This document shows positions 18,391 through 27,824 of a stretch of 62,263 nucleotides of DNA, in pieces. Positions within the stretch are counted from its first letter, which is position 1. Every line of letters begins with the position of its first letter. The DNA comes from Planctomycetota bacterium (GTDB taxonomy: Bacteria > Planctomycetota > UBA11346), in contig JANPLC010000142.1 in NCBI GenBank assembly GCA_031426335.1, positions 1 to 62,263 on the forward strand, in the 5' to 3' direction. The notes beneath the pieces are model-generated. The model made no database searches. It had not been told where the DNA came from and saw only the letters and a list, made by a program, of their open reading frames with translations. A program made the translations under genes and the position numbers.

Positions 18391-18532
18391 GGTCGTTAGT
18401 GGGGTACGTCGGAGCCGTCCCGGTGTTTATGCGTGAATAGGTGTGTCTGCTCAGGGGCTTTGCCCCGCCCCTGCGGGCCTGCCCCCACGGGCTTGGTCGT
18501 GGCTCGGTTTCGTCGGCTTCGCCTCCTTAACC

Positions 18533-18568
18533 GTGGGCGGATGCGCTTCGCGCATTGTATCCGCCCAC
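18533..18568. repeat. REP-like imperfect palindrome
   Basis: gtgggcggatgcgcttcgcgcattgtatccgcccac has a 10-bp outer stem (gtgggcggat/atccgcccac) and an inner gcgc stem. Its layout resembles enterobacterial REP units (GCCGGATGCGGCG...CGCCTTATCCGGC). Only one copy occurs in this window. Confidence 0.5.
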
Positions 18569-18632
18569 CGCCACTCGGGCGCCCCCCCATCGCAAAGCGA
18601 CGGGGCCCCAGGCCTGAGTAGATACGAATTGG

Positions 18633-18989
18633 TTACTTTGGGCGGCTCTTTTTCTTCCGTGGTGCGCGCTTGTCTGCCGTGTCGCGAAGCGGCTTGCTGG
18701 ATCCTCCAGGGGATACAGCGGAAGAATCCGCCGGGCGCACCGGCCACAAGGCCACCAGCAAGCCCAGCAGCAGCGTGCCGGCTCCGCCCCAGATCAGCCA
18801 CGGCGTGACCATGCGGTACCACGCCAGCAGTTCCCGCCCGTCAGTGGTCGACCACAGGACCCACGAACGGACGAAGCCCATGGTGCCGGTTTCGAGTTGA
18901 TAAATCAACTCTGCCCGCAAGTAGAGTCCACGCGACAACGCGACGGCGCCGAGCACCAGCAGGATGAGAGCGAAGATAGCCCGCAGCAT
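18633..18989 (-). CDS. Small membrane protein with a basic C-terminal tail, function unknown
   Basis: Two to three hydrophobic helices (ILLVLGAVAL, GAGTLLLGLLVALW), a KRAPRKKKSRPK tail, and GC3-rich codons. Confidence 0.5.
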   Translation of the reverse strand: MLRAIFALILLVLGAVALSRGLYLRAELIYQLETGTMGFVRSWVLWSTTDGRELLAWYRMVTPWLIWGGAGTLLLGLLVALWPVRPADSSAVSPGGSSKPLRDTADKRAPRKKKSRPK

Positions 18990-19086
18990 AGGCGGATGCT
19001 GCCAGAAAAACGCCCTAACGGGAGGTGCAAGGCGATGGAGCCTCGTCTACCGGGATGCGTCGCCGAGCGGCGAAGCACTTCCGGGG

Positions 19087-19134
19087 CCGCCGGTTTTCAA
19101 CCGGCGGGTGTCGCTCGCCGGTTGGAAACCGGCG
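19087..19134. repeat. Tandem pair of near-identical GC-rich hairpins downstream of the methyltransferase gene
   Basis: ccgccggtt-ttc-aaccggcgg (9-bp stem) and cgccggtt-gga-aaccggcg (8-bp stem), separated by 8 nt and lying about 35-80 nt beyond the stop at 19170. There is no U-tract. Confidence 0.6.
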
Positions 19135-19169
19135 GTCCCAGGCATCACCGAGCGCTGCTGGTCAATGCG

Positions 19170-20222
19170 TTATTCCCGCAGCGACGTCCGCCGCCACAGT
19201 CGCGTCGCGGTGATCACCATGAACACCGGGAACTCTTTGGCCGCGCGGTCCTCGGCGCTGGAGCGGATGCCCTGCGTGCCGCGGCGGGTGCTGCACAGTT
19301 CCTCGCAGCCGACCACCGCCAGGCCTGCGGTGCCGAGTGCCGTTAGGATGTGGTGCAAGGGGCGGTGGAACGACGTCGTGCTGCTGGAGTCGTTGACTTG
19401 GCCTGGGTGAGTACGGATCGGCAGCGCCAGCGGTGACATGTACGCTTCTAAGCGGCGGTACTGCACGCCGAGCTCTTCATCGAAACCCCACGACGTGCGT
19501 TTCGGGATGCGGAAACACGGATGGGTCATCACGATCACCACTCGTCCGCCAGGTTTCACCAGCGCACGCACGCCGGCGAATACCGGTTCGATCGGATCGA
19601 GGTCCTGCACCGCCATCACCAATGCCGCGTGATCGAAACGCTTGCCCGGCAACACGGCTTCGAGCGTGCGCGCATCGCCCACTACGTAACGTTCACGATA
19701 ACCAGCGCGGCCAGTGGCCGCCGCAACGAGCGATGGACTGGCGTCGACGCCGACCACCTCCATGCCGCCTTCGGCAAGGAAGCGTCCGAGCACGCCCTGA
19801 CCGCAACAGACGTCGAGGATGCGTTGGCCCGGCCGCGCCTGCAGCTGCCGCGCTACCGCCGGCAACAGCAGTTGGCTGTGGAAATCATCGCCGCGTTCAC
19901 CGTGCAGCTGGTCGTACCAACCGGCCTGCGGTTCCCACGCGGTCTCGGCCGCGGGCAGCTGCGGCTGCTCGGGCGCAACTTCCTCAGGAGGGACATCGGT
20001 TCGATGGTCAGCGAACTCGGCATCCCGCTGAGAACGGCCTTCGCCACGATCCGCACGCGGGGCACGGGGCGGGCGGCGATCGCCACGATCGTCCCGCTGG
20101 GGACGTGGTGGACGGCCGTCTCCGCGATCACCCCGGGTCGGACGCGGCGGCATCGCCTGCTCCTCTGGAGTGCGACGGGGACGCGGTGCGTAGTTGCGCT
20201 TGGGGAACTTATCTGCGGGCAT
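19170..20222 (-). CDS. Class I SAM-dependent methyltransferase with an Arg/Pro/Asp-rich N-terminal low-complexity region
   Basis: Motif I ILDVCCGQGVLG, post-I VVGVDAS, PGGRVVIVMTHP. The first ~70 aa are PRPRRTPEE...RGDRGDGRPPRPQRDDRGDRRPPRAPRADRGEGR. Confidence 0.8.
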   Translation of the reverse strand: MPADKFPKRNYAPRPRRTPEEQAMPPRPTRGDRGDGRPPRPQRDDRGDRRPPRAPRADRGEGRSQRDAEFADHRTDVPPEEVAPEQPQLPAAETAWEPQAGWYDQLHGERGDDFHSQLLLPAVARQLQARPGQRILDVCCGQGVLGRFLAEGGMEVVGVDASPSLVAAATGRAGYRERYVVGDARTLEAVLPGKRFDHAALVMAVQDLDPIEPVFAGVRALVKPGGRVVIVMTHPCFRIPKRTSWGFDEELGVQYRRLEAYMSPLALPIRTHPGQVNDSSSTTSFHRPLHHILTALGTAGLAVVGCEELCSTRRGTQGIRSSAEDRAAKEFPVFMVITATRLWRRTSLRE

Positions 20223-20294
20223 GGGCGCAGCATCGCGCCTCCTCCGGCTACCGGAAGCCCGGAGGTGCGAACACTTGCTGCCGCTGACAAGCGC

Positions 20295-22385
20295 TTAGGC
20301 GCCGTTGATGCGCTCGATGAGTTCACTCGGGCGGAACGGCTTCATGACGACACCGATGATGTCCACCCCGGGAGGCGCTGGATGAGGGAGGACCGGCGGT
20401 GCTCCGCTGATGACGAGGACACGCAGTGGAGACACCCGCTGGGCATCCCCCAGGTGCTGCAGCACCTCGCCACCGCCCATGCCAGGCATTTGCCAATCGA
20501 GCACCAGCAGATCGATCTCATCAAGCGGCTGTTCGGCGAGAAACCGCAATGGCTCAATGTACGTGCGTACCGGGAAACCAGCATCCGACAGGGTGTCGTG
20601 CAGCAGTTGGCTCAGATGAGTGTTGTCGTCGAGCACCACCACCCGCAGACGATCAGTTGGTCGTACCGCCATCGTTCCACTGGGAGTGCCAGTGACCGGA
20701 GTCGCCCCCAGCGGGGCCGTAACGGGCTCCTCACACAAGCGCAGCGTGATGCTGACGGTGGTACCCGCCCCAGGGCGACTGCTGACCACCAGGTCGCCAC
20801 CAGCGCGATCGACCAGCACCTGACAGACCGGCAGACCAAGTCCCGTGCCGCCCACCGACGGCGGAAACAGACCACTGCGATCGTGCGGTCCTTTGCGCGA
20901 GAAGAACGGCTGAAACAGCCGCGGCATGTCTTCGGCCTCAATGCCGACGCCGTTATCGCGTACGGTCAGCACCACTTGCTGAGCCCGGCGCTCGATACTC
21001 ACCGTCACTCGTGGATCGGTCGCACGATGGACGGCATGCAACGCATTCACCACCAAGTTGGACAACACTTGATGCAAGTCGTTGCTGTCGATGCGTACCG
21101 GGCAGGGTTGTTCACCGCTGACCAACTGCAAAGTCGCGCCGAAACGCCGAGCGCGCAGTTCCATCAACGCCAAGGTATCAGCTAGGTGCGGCCGCAGATC
21201 GATCACGGCGACTGCCCCTTCCGATGGACGGCCCAAGGTCAACAGCGATTCGCTGATGCGTCGGCTGCGTTCCACTACACCGAGGACGCGAGTGATCAGA
21301 TCACGTGCCGCAGGATCACTAGAGATATGACGGTGTAGCCGTTCGAGTCCGGCCAGCACCACCGCATTAAGATTGTTGTACTCATGCGCCACACCGGAAG
21401 CCATGCGCCCGATGGTCGCCAAACGTTCGCTGCGTAACAGATCCTGCTGGCTGCGTTCGAGTGCCTGCTTCGCCTGAGCTTGGGCGACAGCGAACCGCAG
21501 CGTGCGATCGAGCAGCGCCGGTTTCAGTTCCTCCTTGGTCAGGAAGTCAGCGACGCCGAGCGACAGGTAGGTTTCCGGCAATGCCGGATCAGCGGAACCG
21601 GTAACCACGACGACCGGAGGCCGTGCCACATCCGCAGGCAGCAGTCGCAGGACCTGGTCACCTACCATGCCCGCGAGGTGATGGTCGAGGATCCATACAT
21701 CATAGCGCCCATGCTGCAGCCGATCACCGAGGCCATCCACCGTCTGCAGCGCATCGACCACCCAACCACGCGGCGAACCACGTAGCAGCATGCGGATCTC
21801 AGCTACCAGATCCGGATCATCGTCCACGACCAGGACCCGCGATGCTGTGGCGTCACTGGCTATCGCACGCACTTCCTCACGTGGCGTCCGTTCCTCGCAT
21901 GGCGTCCGTTCCTCGCGTGGTGGCCGTTGCTCGCGTGGCACCTGCACATCGCGGAGTGACAGCGGCACGCGACCGAACTCCAACCAATGGGCGATCACCG
22001 CATTCATCACGCTGGTGGTTTCACCCAGGGACGATGGCTTGGTCAGGAAGGCGTTCGCGCCACTGGCATAGGCGCGGTCCACCTGCAGTTGATCAGAGGC
22101 GGTGGTGTAGATCACCACCGGCAGGAGTTCTCCGCGTGGACGCAAACGCAGGCGTTCGAGTACGGTGAATCCATCCATGGTCGGCATGTTGAGATCGAGC
22201 AGCACGACACAGCGTTCTGGCAGCGTCGCTTGATCGACGGCATCCAGCAACGCCAGGCCGCCATTCATATGAATGATGCGGATGTCGCGACCCATGCGCC
22301 GTGCGGCGGTGCGCAGCATCAGCACATCTTCTTCATCATCATCGACCATCACCACGGTGGTGTCGTAAAGTGTCTCAGGTGCCAT
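20295..22385 (-). CDS. Hybrid two-component protein: REC-REC-HisKA-HATPase-REC
   Basis: REC1 VVMVDDDEED...LLDLNMPTMDG, REC2 VLVVDDDPD...WILDHHLAG, H-box MASGVAHEYNNLNAV, G-box GTGLGLPV, and REC3 VVVLDDNTH...LVLDWQMPGMGG. Confidence 0.9.
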   Translation of the reverse strand: MAPETLYDTTVVMVDDDEEDVLMLRTAARRMGRDIRIIHMNGGLALLDAVDQATLPERCVVLLDLNMPTMDGFTVLERLRLRPRGELLPVVIYTTASDQLQVDRAYASGANAFLTKPSSLGETTSVMNAVIAHWLEFGRVPLSLRDVQVPREQRPPREERTPCEERTPREEVRAIASDATASRVLVVDDDPDLVAEIRMLLRGSPRGWVVDALQTVDGLGDRLQHGRYDVWILDHHLAGMVGDQVLRLLPADVARPPVVVVTGSADPALPETYLSLGVADFLTKEELKPALLDRTLRFAVAQAQAKQALERSQQDLLRSERLATIGRMASGVAHEYNNLNAVVLAGLERLHRHISSDPAARDLITRVLGVVERSRRISESLLTLGRPSEGAVAVIDLRPHLADTLALMELRARRFGATLQLVSGEQPCPVRIDSNDLHQVLSNLVVNALHAVHRATDPRVTVSIERRAQQVVLTVRDNGVGIEAEDMPRLFQPFFSRKGPHDRSGLFPPSVGGTGLGLPVCQVLVDRAGGDLVVSSRPGAGTTVSITLRLCEEPVTAPLGATPVTGTPSGTMAVRPTDRLRVVVLDDNTHLSQLLHDTLSDAGFPVRTYIEPLRFLAEQPLDEIDLLVLDWQMPGMGGGEVLQHLGDAQRVSPLRVLVISGAPPVLPHPAPPGVDIIGVVMKPFRPSELIERINGA
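21882..21935. repeat. 3 x 18-nt tandem repeat inside the REC1-REC2 linker
   Basis: tggcgtccgttcctcgca / tggcgtccgttcctcgcg / tggtggccgttgctcgcg, encoding REQRPP-REERTP-CEERTP on the minus strand. Confidence 0.8.
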
Positions 22386-23931
22386 GGGCTAATTCCTTTC
22401 GCAGTGGCAAGGTAACGGTGAATTCAGCGCCGCCGTCCTCACGACCGGTGGCAGCCAGGTGGCCCCCGTGGGCCTCAACGATACGACGACAGATGGCCAG
22501 ACCGATGCCGGTGCCTTCGCTGGTCACCTGCGGATGCAAGCGTACGAATGGCTCGAAGAGACGACCCGCCTGGTCCTGGGCGAAACCGCGCCCGTTGTCG
22601 TGTACGGTGATCCGCGCCTGACCGTTGCCGACCACCGCCGCGATGCGGATCTCCAGCGGCCGTTGCGGATGGCGATACCGCACGGCGTTGGCGATGAGGT
22701 TCTGGAACACCTGGACCAGGAGCTGGGAATCACCCGGCACCTCAGGCAGGGTACCGACCTCCAGCAGCGCGCCACATTCGCGCACACCAGCCTCGCAGTT
22801 TTCCAACGCCTCGCGTACGACTTCGCCAAGATTCACCGGTTTGACCGCGACCAGCGATTTTCCCGCACGGGCGAAGGCGAGCAGATCCTTGACCAAGCGC
22901 GACATGCGCTCGCTCGCGGAGCCCAAGCGGCGCAGGGCGTCTTCGCCGTCGTGGGTCAGACGACCGGAAGATTCCACCGCCACCACATCGGCAAAAAAGC
23001 GCATCTTGCGCAGCGGCTCCAGCAGATCGTGGGAAGCGATGTAGGCGAATTGCTCCAACTGCTGGTTGATGCGTTGCAGTTCCTGGCGCTGCTGCTCCTT
23101 GGCCAAGGCATCAAGTTTCTGCACGGTGATGTCCTGCACCGTTCCCCACAACCGGCGCAGGGTGCCATCAGCATGGCGCTCGGCATGCATGATACTGTGG
23201 TGCCAAGCGATGGTGCTGTCCGGCAGGCGCACCTCCAGATCACATTCGCTGCGCGCCGCCCCGCGTTCGATCACCGCCATCGACTCCTGCAAGGCGGCAG
23301 CTCCGGACGTGGTGTAGAGCGTCAGGTTCTCCTGGTAGTCCTTCGGTGGACCCTGTGCCGTATCACGCCGGAACATGCGATAGACCTCGTCGCTCCAGAA
23401 GATGCGTTGGCCCGCCGGATCGAACGACCAGTCACCGATGTGGGCCGCCTGCTGCGCCGCCAACAACCGCGATTCGCTGCGTTGCAGTTCGCCACTGCGG
23501 GCCAGCAACTCGTTCTGCGACGCCGTGCGTGCCGTGACCTCCGCCTGCAGGCGAAGGTTCATTGCCGCGATCCCAGGAATGGCCAAGGCCTTGGGCATGA
23601 TGTGGGCCGTGGCGATGACCGCCGCGATCGACACCAGGGCGGTGAACAATTTCACCACTCCCTGCACGGGATAGATCGGATACCAGAAAATGATCGCTTC
23701 GATCAGGTGGGTTGCACCACAGGCGAAGATGAAGGCGCAGAACAGCCAGAACACATAGGGGAATGGCACGTCGCGTTTGGCGCGCACGTACAGCGCAATG
23801 GTGATCGGGATGGCGGTGTAGGCGGTGAAGATCGCCAGATCGCTGAGGATGGTCATCCACCCCAGCAACGACGACCACTCGCCGCAATGCCAGCGCGGAG
23901 GAAATCCAGAAATGTCGAAGAAGCCGCCCAC
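22375..23931 (-). CDS. Sensor histidine kinase with an ETR1-type ethylene-binding transmembrane domain, then PAS, HisKA and HATPase
   Basis: The N-terminal three helices align with Arabidopsis ETR1: LSDLAIFTAYTAIP vs ISDFFIAIAYFSIP, FPYVFWLFCAFIFACGATHLI vs [23 protein letters not shown], and KLFTALVSIAAVIATAHIMP vs KVLTAVVSCATALMLVHIIP. H-box YIASHDLLEPLRKM, G-box GTGIGLAI. The gene overlaps the downstream hybrid kinase gene by 11 nt. Confidence 0.85.
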   Translation of the reverse strand: MGGFFDISGFPPRWHCGEWSSLLGWMTILSDLAIFTAYTAIPITIALYVRAKRDVPFPYVFWLFCAFIFACGATHLIEAIIFWYPIYPVQGVVKLFTALVSIAAVIATAHIMPKALAIPGIAAMNLRLQAEVTARTASQNELLARSGELQRSESRLLAAQQAAHIGDWSFDPAGQRIFWSDEVYRMFRRDTAQGPPKDYQENLTLYTTSGAAALQESMAVIERGAARSECDLEVRLPDSTIAWHHSIMHAERHADGTLRRLWGTVQDITVQKLDALAKEQQRQELQRINQQLEQFAYIASHDLLEPLRKMRFFADVVAVESSGRLTHDGEDALRRLGSASERMSRLVKDLLAFARAGKSLVAVKPVNLGEVVREALENCEAGVRECGALLEVGTLPEVPGDSQLLVQVFQNLIANAVRYRHPQRPLEIRIAAVVGNGQARITVHDNGRGFAQDQAGRLFEPFVRLHPQVTSEGTGIGLAICRRIVEAHGGHLAATGREDGGAEFTVTLPLRKELAHGT

Positions 23932-24072
23932 GGTACCTTCCCGACCCGCTCGTCGTCCGTGGACGCGGATGTCCGGAGATAATTACGGCAAGTTCATTCC
24001 TGATTCAACCTGCGGGCGACACGTTGTATGGGTTGAAATAATCCCATCGGTCATGCCCTTCCCCAGGCGACC

Positions 24073-24960
24073 TCAGGCGAAGGCGGCAAAAACCGCCCCG
24101 GCCAACACGGAAGCGCTGCCCAGCCGCAGCGCGTGGATCCACCACGGCAGCGGCTCCAGGCCGGTGGCAAACCAGCGATCGAGGGCGAGCACCATCAGCA
24201 CCGCGACCAAGCCACGGAAGGCGATGACGATGTTGACCTCAGCCACCGCGTGGCCCGGATCATGGCCGGTGGCAATGGCGAGTGACAGCATGGCGATGAA
24301 GCCGGTGAACAGCAGGCCCTGCATGCAGGCGCGCCGGATATTGGCCAACGGTTCCGGACGCTTGGTGGTCCACCACGCCAAGGCCGGCAGCACGCCAAGC
24401 CCCATGCACCAGCCAGCGATGGTGGCCCAGCGCAGCTCCGGCCCCGCCACCGCCAGGGCTTTGGCGCCGAACAGGTCGGAGAACGTCATCAACACCACCG
24501 ACGACAACATCAGCGAGAAACCCCAGCGCGGATGCGGCGCGTGCAGATGACGCCGCACCGGCCCGAGCCCGCCCAGCGCAATGCCGATGGTGGCCAGCGC
24601 GCACGCCCAGATCAGCCCAGGGGGCAACGCCGTGCCGAACACCAGCCACACCAGCGGGATCATCACCAGCGGTTTGGCGCCGCTGACCGGCACCAGCACA
24701 CTCGCATCGCCCCACGCCAGCGCCTGGTTAGCGCACACGTGCGCCAAGCTGCCCGCAACACCTGCGAGCAGACACCAGCCCCACGGCACCGCTGGCGCGC
24801 CAAGCGCCAACCAACCGATGAGTCCACACGCGCCCGTGGTCATCAACGTCCAACGCCACAGCGCCTGCCACGCCATGCCGTGCCGCGCGATCACGACCTT
24901 GCCGCCAACAAAGAATGCCGCCGACAAGACGGTGGCGATGATGGCGAAGGTGATGTGCAT
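24073..24960 (-). CDS. DMT-superfamily (EamA-like) 10-TM transporter
   Basis: About 10 hydrophobic helices arranged as two similar halves. No soluble domains. Confidence 0.6.
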   Translation of the reverse strand: MHITFAIIATVLSAAFFVGGKVVIARHGMAWQALWRWTLMTTGACGLIGWLALGAPAVPWGWCLLAGVAGSLAHVCANQALAWGDASVLVPVSGAKPLVMIPLVWLVFGTALPPGLIWACALATIGIALGGLGPVRRHLHAPHPRWGFSLMLSSVVLMTFSDLFGAKALAVAGPELRWATIAGWCMGLGVLPALAWWTTKRPEPLANIRRACMQGLLFTGFIAMLSLAIATGHDPGHAVAEVNIVIAFRGLVAVLMVLALDRWFATGLEPLPWWIHALRLGSASVLAGAVFAAFA

Positions 24961-25071
24961 GAACGTCCGAGGTCGCCTACGACGGACCTGGCCGACGCGG
25001 AGGACGGACGCTAACCGATTGTACGCGAGCGCAACTCCACCATGGCTAGGCCCTGCTGGCTAAAAATGCCA

Positions 25072-25118
25072 TGCGAGATGCGAGGTGCGAGGTGTTATCC
25101 AGCCTCGCACTTCGTACT
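25072..25118. repeat. Short word-repeat hairpin (GCGAGRT type)
   Basis: The words gcgagat-gcgaggt-gcgaggt are followed by a loop and then cctcgcac, giving an 8-bp stem (gtgcgagg/cctcgcac). It lies between the ThuA-like gene stop and the EamA-like gene start. Confidence 0.4.
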
Positions 25119-25130
25119 GCTCTCTTCGGG

Positions 25131-26165
25131 CTATTTTTTCTTCTCGCCGATCGGCGCATCTTTGTTGTAGATCGGCGTATCCCAGCCGGCGATGTCGGCG
25201 GGCTTCACACCCTGGCGGTTGCCGCTGAAATTGAACGTCACCGGGTTGTAGGGACCGACGAACTCGATGTTGGCATCAGGCTTGATCAGGTCGTCCATCC
25301 CCAGGCACCACAGATGCGCGTTGAGCAACATGCGGCGGAAACCGGGGTTGAGGATGTCTTCCGACGCGCCGTGCGTGGTGCAGAACACCCGGCTCTTGGG
25401 ATTGTCCTTCACATAATTGCGCACCCATGCGACCGGCAGGACTTTTTTCGACGCATCCGCGGGATCATCGATCTTCATGCCATTGAGCACCTCACCACGC
25501 GCCAGGATCACGCTGTCGGGCATCGGATCGGCGTTGTAGCCACCGCACTGCACGTGCACTTTGTCGACGCCGCGCAACACCGCGTGCATGGCCTGCGCCG
25601 GATCGAGCACCAAGCGCGAGCTCTGTTTGTGGTTCTGACCGTAGTGACCAACCCAGTGTTCGCCCAGAATCTGCCGGCCGAAGCCGAACTTGAAGTCCTC
25701 GCCCTTGTAGCCTTCGTTGAAGCGCTCGTAGGTGCCCTTGATGCCGTTGAAGCCGTGTGTCGAGGTGCGCAGGCCGATGACCGGGCCACCGCGTTTCAGG
25801 TACTCGTCGATGTGCTTCATCTGGTCGTCAGAGAACGCCTGGAAGCGCACGAACACCACCATCAGGTCGGCGGTGCCGAGTGCTTCCAAGCCGGTGATGT
25901 AGTTGCTGCCCGGTTTGATGAAGCCGGTGTCTTTGTCGGTGGTGACGAAGAACGAGCACTTGAAGCCGTAGTTCTTCGCCAGGATGCGCGCGAGCGCCGG
26001 CAGGGTTTCCTCACCGCGGTACTCGTGATCGCCGGCGATGAAGACGATGTGTTTGCCTTTGCCGGGGCCCGAGTCGCCTTCCCAGCTGACGCCATTGGGC
26101 GAATCAACGGCGGGCAGGTGGAGGGAAAGCAGACACAGGACAACCAGGGCGAGTAAGCGGGACAT
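25131..26165 (-). CDS. Secreted ThuA-like (class I glutamine amidotransferase-like fold) protein
   Basis: Signal peptide MSRLLALVVLCLLSL. HIVFIAGDHEYRGEETLPALARIL...LMVVFVRFQAFSDDQMKHIDEYLKRGGPVIGLRTSTHGF resembles ThuA-domain proteins of PVC bacteria. I chose the ATG at 26165. Confidence 0.55.
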   Translation of the reverse strand: MSRLLALVVLCLLSLHLPAVDSPNGVSWEGDSGPGKGKHIVFIAGDHEYRGEETLPALARILAKNYGFKCSFFVTTDKDTGFIKPGSNYITGLEALGTADLMVVFVRFQAFSDDQMKHIDEYLKRGGPVIGLRTSTHGFNGIKGTYERFNEGYKGEDFKFGFGRQILGEHWVGHYGQNHKQSSRLVLDPAQAMHAVLRGVDKVHVQCGGYNADPMPDSVILARGEVLNGMKIDDPADASKKVLPVAWVRNYVKDNPKSRVFCTTHGASEDILNPGFRRMLLNAHLWCLGMDDLIKPDANIEFVGPYNPVTFNFSGNRQGVKPADIAGWDTPIYNKDAPIGEKKK

Positions 26166-26258
26166 GGGGACCTTGAGCAGGAGTGGGCGCGTGGAGGGAA
26201 AGACATACCCCAAACACTGACGATCCGCTGTGGGGTGCTTGGTCGCTCATCAACGACT

Positions 26259-26369
26259 CGGTAACCGCAGAGACGCAGAGGTGAGAGGAGGGCCGCAGAG
26301 ACGAAGGGTTAAGCCATCCTCTTTCTGCTCTGCGGCCCTCTGCGGCGCTCTGCGCCTCTGCGGCTACCG
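26259..26369. repeat. Intergenic word-repeat hairpin element, CCGCAGAG type (copy 2 of 3)
   Basis: The left-arm core aaccgcagagacgcagaggtgagaggagggccgcagag is identical over 38 nt to copy 1. The right arm is ctctgcggccctctgcggcgctctgcgcctctgcggctaccg. It lies between the DUF1501 stop and the ThuA-like start. Confidence 0.85.
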
Positions 26370-26393
26370 AGCCAAAAACCAGCGACGCGCAGG

Positions 26394-27820
<1,427 letters not shown>

Positions 27821-27824
<4 letters not shown>

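Noticed and set aside
19060-19140. A tRNA-like look: gccgagcggcgaagc resembles a class II D-arm, and the two hairpins could be read as anticodon stem-loops with 7-nt loops (TTC or GGA).
   Set aside because: There is no acceptor stem and no T-arm (GTTCGAATC-type). The two stem-loops are near-duplicates of each other and are equally readable on the opposite strand. This is a tandem palindrome, not a tRNA or tRNA pseudogene.
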